Shown here piece after piece: positions 7,725 through 15,310 of a stretch of 32,000 nucleotides of DNA; the first letter of the stretch is position 1; every line of letters begins with the position of its first letter. The translations under genes were made by a program, and so were the position numbers. Below the pieces are notes generated by a model. The model was not told the DNA's origin. It saw nothing but the letters and a program-made list of their open reading frames with translations, and did not search any database. Origin of the DNA: Candidatus Lokiarchaeum ossiferum (GTDB lineage: Archaea; Asgardarchaeota; Lokiarchaeia; Sigyniarchaeales; Promethearchaeaceae). The stretch is taken from NCBI GenBank assembly GCA_025839675.1, contig CP104013.1, positions 450,001 through 482,000 on the forward strand, written 5' to 3'.

Positions 7725-8294
7725 TTAAGGATTTCGCTCAATGATCCTGCGACCGATTGTTTCAAACAAGAGATCAACGTTTTGACCCGTAAGTGCACTG
7801 GTTTCAACATAATCAGGAATTGTAAGTTGTTCTTTTAAATGGTCTACATGAGCCAAGCTAATCTTTCGATCTTCAGTCAAATCGGATTTATTCCCTACCA
7901 AAACCATAGGTAGATCTATTAATCCATCTTTAATTAACTCTGCATGCCAACTTTTGAGATTGCTATAAGTATGTGTACGAGTCAAATCAAAACCTAACAG
8001 TACACCATTTGCTCCATTGAAGTATACTTTGTGTAACAGAAAGAATTGAGGTTGTCCCGCAAGATCCCACAACATTAAATCAATTTTTACATCTTTTCCC
8101 CCAACATTAATGGTGATTGGTTGTTTGCTAATACTTACTCCAACAGTAGGAATATAATCTTTCTCAAATTGATGTTTTACGAATTTGCGAATGAGACTGG
8201 TTTTTCCAATGGAAGGATCTCCAATGACGATAATCTTATACACCCTATCACCTTTATCTCGTGTTTGCACGTATAATTCTTCTTCTTTACTCAT
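7725..8294 (-). CDS. Ras/Rab-like small GTPase
   Basis: All five G motifs are present: G1 GDPSIGKTS, G2 YIPTVG, G3 WDLAGQ, G4 GNKSD, G5 ETSAL. The 189-aa length is typical of the Ras superfamily. No C-terminal CAAX or CC prenylation motif. Confidence 0.9.
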   Translation of the reverse strand: MSKEEELYVQTRDKGDRVYKIIVIGDPSIGKTSLIRKFVKHQFEKDYIPTVGVSISKQPITINVGGKDVKIDLMLWDLAGQPQFFLLHKVYFNGANGVLLGFDLTRTHTYSNLKSWHAELIKDGLIDLPMVLVGNKSDLTEDRKISLAHVDHLKEQLTIPDYVETSALTGQNVDLLFETIGRRIIERNP

Positions 8295-8569
8295 GATAAA
8301 TCACTTAATTAATTCTCAATTATATAATAATTATCTTCGAGCCAAATAAATGTACTTCATTACCATCTGGTTAGCAACCTTAGGATTGTGAAAAACCAAA
8401 TTCAAATACCATTCAAAATTTCCCAAAAAAAAATGTGATTCCTTTCAAAAATCCTTAAGGAAGAAAAGTATTAAAGAACTAAAAAAAAACTAACAATATA
8501 GTCCGCAATATAAATCAAAATTTATTCAACAACAACAAAAAATTATATGAATAAAACGAAGGCAGAAGT

Positions 8570-9928
8570 ATGACAGCAACAAACCAAGAATCAATAGTGT
8601 TTTACCTAGATTTAGCCACCAAAATCTTAGGAAAAAAAGATATGGTGAAGTCGATTCAATCGTTTTTAGAAGAGAAATTAAAAAAAAATCCGGATACATC
8701 GTTTAGCGCTTTCTATTTTAAAGAAGGAAATGAGCCTTTTTTATCGGAAGAAGTCTCTAATATTAAAGATTTAACAAAAATAATCAACAATGATTGGAAA
8801 ACCCGTGAACAATCGGAATCAAACTTTGAAAATGGCCTCTTCTATTGTCTCTCATTTTTAGCTTCCAAAGCGGCCATTTCTTCGGGAAGTTTTCGAGTCA
8901 TTTGTATAAGCGATTTGCCGAGCAAAAAAGGATCCGAATATGCTGAAGCTTTAATGGCTTTGGTCGAGACGGTAAGGACATTTCCAACCTTTATTGATAT
9001 AATCAGAGTTGGAAAATCTGAAATGTACCCAGATGATGTAAAACTGAGAATAGTATCCACACTAACTTCAGGTGGGTTGTTTTACGCTTCGGATTCCAAA
9101 GAATTTAAATTAACTTTTGTAGGTTTGGCAAAAAACAAAACACTCCCAGATTTAAGAGTCGAAGGAGGCCAAGAAATTGATCAAGATAAGAAAACCTATT
9201 ATGAAAATTTAGCAAAAGCTCTCGTGCAAGGTCAAATAGGGAAAGAAAAATGTAGCCTGTGTTCCAAAAAAACATGCGATTACTGTAATGAAAAAGATGA
9301 TATTTATAAATGTAGTCAATGTGGGACATTTTACCATGAATGCTGCGCAGCCCTTTATTCTTGGAAATTTAATATGGGATTAAAACACATCTTTCGATGT
9401 ATAACCTGTGGAGCCATATTGAAGTTAGAAGAATCTCTTGTATATGAGATAAATGGGGAAACTATGCCAGATCAAGAAGAATTACCAACGATTGAGGAAG
9501 AATCTGATGAAGAAAAGTGGACTCCTGAAGCAGAACCAGAAGAAATAATCGAAGAACCCATTGTAGAGCCAGAGGATACCAGTGTTAGCGAATCAGTAGC
9601 ATCGGAAGAACAAAAACCTTCAGAAGATAGCAGTGATAGTAAAGTCGAAATGCGTCCCGGTTTGTTTGGCCCACGCCCAGTACCTAAACGACGAAGTGGA
9701 TCTAAACCAACAGAAATTGAATCAACAGAAACTAAACCCAAAGAAACTGAAGCCGCAATACCCAAGGCGAGTAAAGCGGAAAAAGCAATTAGTGCCCGAA
9801 AGAGTCTTGCTGAACGAAGAAGAAAAAATAGGTCTGGAAATGGAACGATTAGGATTTGCAGAGTATGTTCCACTCGATTAAAACCAAATGATCGTCGATG
9901 TCCAAAATGCGGTTCTCCAGCTTATTAA
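8570..9928 (+). CDS. Multidomain protein: vWA-like domain, PHD-type (C4HC3) zinc finger, acidic disordered linker, C-terminal zinc ribbon
   Basis: The N-terminal ~190 aa have a vWA-like pattern (IVFYLDLATK...SAFYF....FRVICISDLPS....TFIDIIRVG...LFYASD) with a degenerate MIDAS site (DLATK instead of DxSxS). Residues encoded by 9251-9409 read CxxC-x4-CxxC-x8-CxxC-x4-HxxC-x17-CxxC. The E/P/S-rich linker is about 110 aa. The C-terminus is CRVCSTRLKPNDRRCPKCG. Confidence 0.8.
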   Translation: MTATNQESIVFYLDLATKILGKKDMVKSIQSFLEEKLKKNPDTSFSAFYFKEGNEPFLSEEVSNIKDLTKIINNDWKTREQSESNFENGLFYCLSFLASKAAISSGSFRVICISDLPSKKGSEYAEALMALVETVRTFPTFIDIIRVGKSEMYPDDVKLRIVSTLTSGGLFYASDSKEFKLTFVGLAKNKTLPDLRVEGGQEIDQDKKTYYENLAKALVQGQIGKEKCSLCSKKTCDYCNEKDDIYKCSQCGTFYHECCAALYSWKFNMGLKHIFRCITCGAILKLEESLVYEINGETMPDQEELPTIEEESDEEKWTPEAEPEEIIEEPIVEPEDTSVSESVASEEQKPSEDSSDSKVEMRPGLFGPRPVPKRRSGSKPTEIESTETKPKETEAAIPKASKAEKAISARKSLAERRRKNRSGNGTIRICRVCSTRLKPNDRRCPKCGSPAY

Positions 9929-9937
9929 AGCACCCCC

Positions 9938-9945
9938 TTTTTTTT
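9938..9945 (+). terminator. Oligo-T (T8) tract 10 nt after the stop codon
   Basis: CACCCCC followed by T8, directly downstream of the TAA at 9926-9928. Confidence 0.4.
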
Positions 9946-10149
9946 AAAAATATTTTCTCAAAAATTCTTCTTGTTTCAAAAGCATTTAAGTAAAAAACTT
10001 TTTTGGTATTTCAAATAATTGTTGGCATATATTTTAAAGATCGAATTGCGTTAAGTATGTTGAATGACTGTTTTTTCAATATTTTCCAACAATATCTACA
10101 AAAAAAAAAATGTAACAAATAAATGCTTGTTTTAAGGTGAAAAAAAATC

Positions 10150-10404
10150 ATGACAAACCGAAAGAAAGTAAAAGCAGAAATTTCTAAAAATCTAGATAAG
10201 GACATTCAAGTATTAGCCGATATTGAAGTAGAAGAAAGAGACAAAGTATTTGAAGGTGATAGTAATCGATATAGCCAAATTCTTGAACAAAGGAAACAAG
10301 ACAAACGTGAACGTGAAGATGCAAAGAAACAAAAAATCCATCTAGGAAAACGAAAACATATTGAAAAACGAGCCATAGCAGAGGTCGAAGAACAACAAGC
10401 ATAA
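10150..10404 (+). CDS. Hypothetical highly charged (K/E/R-rich) small protein
   Basis: 84-aa ORF, strongly charged and probably helical. No motif recognised. The overlapping antisense ORF 10184..10426 is hydrophobic and low complexity and looks spurious. Confidence 0.4.
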   Translation: MTNRKKVKAEISKNLDKDIQVLADIEVEERDKVFEGDSNRYSQILEQRKQDKREREDAKKQKIHLGKRKHIEKRAIAEVEEQQA

Positions 10405-10562
10405 ATATCAAATCATGGTTTTCCAAAGGAAAATCATTGACCTACTTTTTTTTTGAATTATAGTCAGAGAAAAAACATCCTCACGAAATGCTTCATATTC
10501 TTTTAATATACTCCTAATCTTCAGATATTTACTAATTGTAAGAAGAAATGTGATATAGAAAA

Positions 10563-11003
10563 ATGCCAGTAAAAGATGGAGATAAGATAAAAGTCGAATA
10601 TGAAGGTTCGTTTGATGATGGGGAAATTTTTGATTCTACAAAGATGCATGGTGGCGAGCCGCTTGAATTTGGAGTCGGCCAACATCAGGTAGTTCCTGGA
10701 TTTGAAATGGCTATGCTAGGTAAAGAAATCAATGAAGAATTTCAAATTCACCTTGAACCAAAAGATGCATACGGGGAATATCATGCAGAAGGAGTACAAG
10801 CGATCCCACGAACCCAATTTCCCCCTGAAATGAATCCTCAAGTAGGAATGATTGTTGAATTACAACAACAACATGGAGATCACACTCACCCAATCCCAGC
10901 TAAAATAGTTGATGTTAATGAAGAAGAAGTAAAATTAGATTTGAACCATCCCCTAGCTGGAAAAGCCTTAAATTTTAAAATTAAAATTGTAGGAATCAAT
11001 TAA
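10563..11003 (+). CDS. FKBP-type peptidyl-prolyl cis-trans isomerase (short archaeal/SlyD-like form with an insert-in-flap domain)
   Basis: KVEYEGSFDDGEIFDST......PLEFGVGQHQVVPGFEMAMLGKEINEEFQIHLEPKDAYGE, then ...LDLNHPLAGKALNFKIKIVGI. GTGAT ribosome-binding motif upstream of the ATG. Confidence 0.9.
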   Translation: MPVKDGDKIKVEYEGSFDDGEIFDSTKMHGGEPLEFGVGQHQVVPGFEMAMLGKEINEEFQIHLEPKDAYGEYHAEGVQAIPRTQFPPEMNPQVGMIVELQQQHGDHTHPIPAKIVDVNEEEVKLDLNHPLAGKALNFKIKIVGIN

Positions 11004-11154
11004 TTCTTTTTACTTCATTATCAAATGAATATTCAAATGGAGTTATTTTTTTATTGTTTTCTAACTAAAAGAGAAAAAAGAACGATGTCTTGAATGAGAT
11101 TAATCCAGAAAGAATTTGGAAATGCTTAAATACTTGCTATAAGACATTATCAAT

Positions 11155-12114
11155 ATGTTAAAAAAAAATTACATTTATGTAACTAAACATACAAATCAAT
11201 ATTCAAAATATTTTACAATTTTAATAGGAATTATAATCTTTTCATTTCTGAAGGTAAACATTATTATATTGGAATCTAAAATATATAGTAACGATATTGA
11301 GCACATTCCAAAATCTGCATTACATTTACAACTTGTAAATGAAAGTATCCCCCATATAATCTCACCTGGAAATCAAACTTTTTTTGAGTTTGATCCAGAG
11401 AAAACATTTCAATGGTCTGTGTCCGATCCGAATTGTTCCTATTCTGCCAATTATTCCATTTTATTAAATTTTGGTTTAATGGACAACCATACTAATCTTT
11501 CTTGGTTTGAATCAGCGCAAATACATTTTTCTGCTGCAGATATTTCTCCTGGTATATACAACTTGACACTTCAAGTAAATGACGGATGGGGTGCAGAGGC
11601 TAACGATACCATTATTTTAACAATCACACCCAATGAAGCACCTACGATTACTGGGAACAGAGGAGTCTTTATTTTTCTGGATGAAGAATACAACGGCGCC
11701 CCAATCAGTTTGAACTGGACTATTAAAGATAATCATACAAATAATTCTTTTTATTCAATTTTCTGTGATTCTAATCCGATCCCGAACCATCAGAATATAT
11801 CTTGGAATTCTGGAGACCAAATAGCAATAAGAACGTGTAACATAACAGAAAATGAATACACTTATGTTTTGAGGGCATTTGATGGCTATGGTAAAAATTC
11901 ATCGTATATAGTAGAAATTTTTTGGGATAAAACAGGGTTTGTTGAAGAGATAGTAGAGGAAGTAGCGGAAGAAGTGTTGGAAGAAGTTATCGAGGAACTT
12001 TTTGATGGAGATGGGTATTTCCCAGGATATGATGTCTTATGGATTTGTTTAATTGGATTATCTACAATCTTCCTATGTGTTAGAATTGAAAAGAGAAAAA
12101 GAATTGTAAAATAA
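11155..12114 (+). CDS. Secreted or membrane-anchored surface protein with Ig/PKD-like repeats and many N-glycosylation sequons
   Basis: N-terminal signal-anchor FTILIGIIIFSFL. PKD/cadherin-like strand pattern YNLTLQVNDGWGAEANDTIILTITPNEAPTI. At least 14 N-x-S/T sequons. Acidic EE(V/I) repeat linker. C-terminal FPGYD plus hydrophobic helix plus RIEKRKRIVK. Confidence 0.7.
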   Translation: MLKKNYIYVTKHTNQYSKYFTILIGIIIFSFLKVNIIILESKIYSNDIEHIPKSALHLQLVNESIPHIISPGNQTFFEFDPEKTFQWSVSDPNCSYSANYSILLNFGLMDNHTNLSWFESAQIHFSAADISPGIYNLTLQVNDGWGAEANDTIILTITPNEAPTITGNRGVFIFLDEEYNGAPISLNWTIKDNHTNNSFYSIFCDSNPIPNHQNISWNSGDQIAIRTCNITENEYTYVLRAFDGYGKNSSYIVEIFWDKTGFVEEIVEEVAEEVLEEVIEELFDGDGYFPGYDVLWICLIGLSTIFLCVRIEKRKRIVK

Positions 12115-12168
12115 CGGCAATAATAGGTGAAATTAAAAACAAACAATTTAAATATCAATAAATTGGTT

Positions 12169-14157
12169 TTATTCATCTTCTGAATTAATTAGAGCAATTT
12201 GATATAAATCACGAAATTCTTCGGAAAGCGAATAGACATAGCTGCCATGGGAGTATTGCTTTTGAACCATGTCTTCCCCAAAACTTTCGATCATATTATA
12301 CAGAATCATTCCTAAAGCAACAGAGCCTAAATATCTACCTGACTTCTTAATCTTTCTCAACATTTGGCAATCAGCAATTCCTTCAGTAGAACTATGTAAA
12401 ATTTTCAATATTTGGTGTTTTAGAACTTCACTTTGTTCAAAGAATTGTAGTTTTTCAATGATCATTGTTTTACGTTCTTGTGGATCCATATTTTGAAGTG
12501 AATTTTCTGGAACAAGAGTTGATTGTGCAATACTATTATCAAAAGGTGAATTACTTGGATTTTGATGAAATAAGGCAGAATTCAACTGGTTTCTATTTGT
12601 TTTATACACATCATCAGATTGGATCGAATTCATTTCCTGAGTGAATTTTCGTTGCACATAAGATGAAGGATCAGGTGATGATATTTCATCATTAGAGATA
12701 GGTGATTGATACAGAGGTCTATTTAATGTAAATTGACTTGTAGATTGGTTAGATGGATCATCAATTTGGCTTTGTGAGGGGTATTTTGAATAATTTGAAT
12801 TGACATTTGAATTGACATTTGAATTAACATTTGAATTAACATTTGAAATGACATTCGAATTGGCAGGATAATTCAAAACATTTTGATTAAATCTAATTCG
12901 TCCATTTGAATCGTTGTGATCTTCAGCTAAATGATTTGAATCATTATTTTGGAACGTTTTTTGTTGGCTATTTCGGAAAGATGCACTAAAACGTGAAGGT
13001 GCTGTTGTTGTTTTATATTCATCATCTATTCGTGGTGCTTGCCTAATACTAGAATGCTTTTCAGTAAAATTATAGGAATTTTGTAACTTTTTTGACTCAT
13101 TTCTATTTGTTTGTTTTTTGAAATTAGATGAACTGGATGATTTAGGAAAAACTAAGCTTTGTAAAGGTCTAGTTTGTTGCAAATTTTGACTTGAAATTGA
13201 GTTGTGGGCGTCTTCAGATGATCTCTTGTGAGATTTCGCTTGTATATTATGTATATTGGAATCATTCTGCTGATATTCAAATCTTCGGTTAGAATTTAAA
13301 GTAGAGTTTAACTTTGCAGTTATGTCAAAGGATTTCGGATTCTTATGTGCAATATGTTTTGGGTTAATTTGATTATGGCCTTGAAAATTCGAAGCGGAAG
13401 CAAATTTTTCGCCAGAATAATTCATTTGATTAATCTTGGGAGGCATAATTGGAGGTGGGGGTTGAAGACGTCTTTCAGAAGAAAAGTTCTTAAAATTTAA
13501 CGAATTTGCATTTTGCATAGAATTTCGAGAAATGTTTTGAATTGTCCTACGCTTAATTAAAGAGTTAACAGACTGATGAGTATGTTCATTTTGATTGGAA
13601 AAATTATCTTGAGAACGAAAAGAAGCATTTTGAGACAGATTCAAGTTAGAATTTGATCCTAAGTTTCTCCTTTGGTTGATTTCAGAAACATTTTTCCTTG
13701 TATTTTGCTGAGAATCAGGGAACGAAGGATACTCACTTGGAGTTGAATTTTGATAATTTTTTGAATCTTGGGAAATTTCTCTATGTGCTTGACTGTACAA
13801 ATTTGTGCGATTATGAAAATCGGATCCCATGGTACTTTGATTACATCCCAAATTTGAGGATTGTTGCTTACTAGTAATTTCCCTCATTTGAATTCTTCGG
13901 AGCATATTTTCTAATGCTTTATTCCGTTTGGATGGAATAGTGGGTTTTACTATTGGAGAAGATCTCTGAATTTTTTGTTGAGGGGTATTTTTATTTTTTA
14001 AAAGAGAATGTGATGTATCTTCCGTTGAATTGCCCTTACACTCGGGTTCTTGGAACATTGTATTCATAAAATAAACTTCATCACTTTTTTGAGGTGCTTT
14101 TTTAATAGTCTGAGTATAATCGAGCAAGTTATTTGATTTAGTTTGATACTTTTCCAT
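12169..14157 (-). CDS. Asn/Gln/Ser-rich low-complexity protein with a C-terminal globular (possibly winged-helix-like) domain
   Basis: One long uninterrupted ORF. The track starts it at a TTG at 14187. I prefer the ATG at 14157 (MEKYQ...), which has AGGGGA 13 nt upstream. About 560 aa are N/Q/S-rich, including an (NVNS)n repeat. The last ~100 aa (IIEKLQFFEQSEVLKHQILKILHSSTEGIADCQMLRKI...SYVYSLSEEF) have ordinary globular composition. Confidence 0.7.
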   Translation of the reverse strand: MEKYQTKSNNLLDYTQTIKKAPQKSDEVYFMNTMFQEPECKGNSTEDTSHSLLKNKNTPQQKIQRSSPIVKPTIPSKRNKALENMLRRIQMREITSKQQSSNLGCNQSTMGSDFHNRTNLYSQAHREISQDSKNYQNSTPSEYPSFPDSQQNTRKNVSEINQRRNLGSNSNLNLSQNASFRSQDNFSNQNEHTHQSVNSLIKRRTIQNISRNSMQNANSLNFKNFSSERRLQPPPPIMPPKINQMNYSGEKFASASNFQGHNQINPKHIAHKNPKSFDITAKLNSTLNSNRRFEYQQNDSNIHNIQAKSHKRSSEDAHNSISSQNLQQTRPLQSLVFPKSSSSSNFKKQTNRNESKKLQNSYNFTEKHSSIRQAPRIDDEYKTTTAPSRFSASFRNSQQKTFQNNDSNHLAEDHNDSNGRIRFNQNVLNYPANSNVISNVNSNVNSNVNSNVNSNYSKYPSQSQIDDPSNQSTSQFTLNRPLYQSPISNDEISSPDPSSYVQRKFTQEMNSIQSDDVYKTNRNQLNSALFHQNPSNSPFDNSIAQSTLVPENSLQNMDPQERKTMIIEKLQFFEQSEVLKHQILKILHSSTEGIADCQMLRKIKKSGRYLGSVALGMILYNMIESFGEDMVQKQYSHGSYVYSLSEEFRDLYQIALINSEDE
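12793..12864 (-). repeat. Six tandem copies of a 12-nt unit (ATTTGAATTGAC on the + strand) encoding (NVNS)n
   Basis: Units at 12793, 12805, 12817, 12829, 12841 and 12853. The first two are identical, the next two differ at 1 nt, and the last two are more degenerate. The repeat is in frame within the 12169..14157 CDS. Confidence 0.9.
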
Positions 14158-14759
14158 AGTCTGAATTTCCCCTACACTCAAAAACAATGGTATGAATCTG
14201 AAAATAACAAAGATGATATCATGTAGATAATATGGAAATGTGAAAAAATTACTTGAAAAAAGGAAAAAAAAGAAAAAAATGGTTGATTGATATGCAGCGT
14301 AATGTTGTAGGTGTTTGTGTGTGATTAAATAAGATTTATTTTTGAATCTGTTTCAATTTTCAATCGTGAGGTCGTAGGATATACATTATTAGAAATATTG
14401 ATGTGAATATATAGATTTCCAAATGGTAGACTGATTTTTTTTGTGCATAATGGTTCCTTCTTGTGGGTTTTTAAAAAAATTGTTAGTAGTAAGTGGAATG
14501 AAAATCAACAGTATTCCATATTTTATTATGAGTAGAATTGGTTTTGATCATAGTTTTTCACTTCGATTGAATGTTAACATATTTTTTATGTTAAATAATT
14601 ATTCTCTGATCTATATATAGTGTGTATTGTATATAAATATATGTACTTTTGATGTGTATCTATGTGATGCTATTTTTTTTTAAACTTGATTTTGCCCAAA
14701 ATAAGATTCCATAATTAAAACATTGAAATCTAAAAGATATGCAGATGATTTTGAGCCAT

Positions 14760-15062
14760 TCACATATTTAAGAAAGAAATTTGCAGCTCAATGTTAATAT
14801 TTGGAAAGTTCGGCAGACCTATTTTTCTTTTCAGTTGATAGGGAAGATTGTCAGTGATATGATTGGAAGAAATCACAACATCAACAATAATTGGATAGTA
14901 AAGTGAATAATGAAATGAAATAGATCGTATTCTGCAATGTTCAGAACAATATGAAGAAATTATTTTGTCAACTCTTTTTTTAATGGCCTTTTCAATGTGA
15001 TCATTTTTTGCTGGATCATAATAGGCTTTATTATCACTCAGGTTGATCTTGTGTTTTAACAT
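14760..15062 (-). CDS. Hypothetical protein (weak call)
   Basis: 100-aa ORF isolated between two long non-coding stretches. No motifs recognised. The composition is only moderately protein-like. Confidence 0.3.
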   Translation of the reverse strand: MLKHKINLSDNKAYYDPAKNDHIEKAIKKRVDKIISSYCSEHCRIRSISFHYSLYYPIIVDVVISSNHITDNLPYQLKRKIGLPNFPNINIELQISFLNM

Positions 15063-15310
15063 TTATTGCATATAAATAATAAAAAAACTTATTAAAAAAT
15101 GTGTGGATTCTTAATAAGGTAGTTTCTTGTTGAACCTTGTTTTACAGTCTAAAAAGATTATTTAATCTCACTTTTTAAACGATAAGTCAAAATACATTAT
15201 TTAAGTTAGAAAATATAGTGGAATGACGTAAAATAACTTATATTGGATAGAAAGGGAAGAGATAAAAAAAAGGAACATTGGCCCAAAATTGGTACGATCA
15301 ATTAAATATA

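Noticed and set aside
8452-8461. 10-bp palindrome TCCTTAAGGA in the divergent GTPase / vWA-PHD promoter region.
   Set aside because: It is short and AT-rich, and the core CCTTAAGG recurs at the GTPase stop codon (7724-7731), which suggests chance. This is not enough to call an operator.
9472-9873. 133-aa antisense ORF and an 82-aa alternative-frame ORF (9633..9881) inside the vWA-PHD gene.
   Set aside because: Both lie within the acidic low-complexity linker, whose GAA/GAG-rich coding gives open frames on the opposite strand (S/L/G-rich mirror peptide). They have no independent start context.
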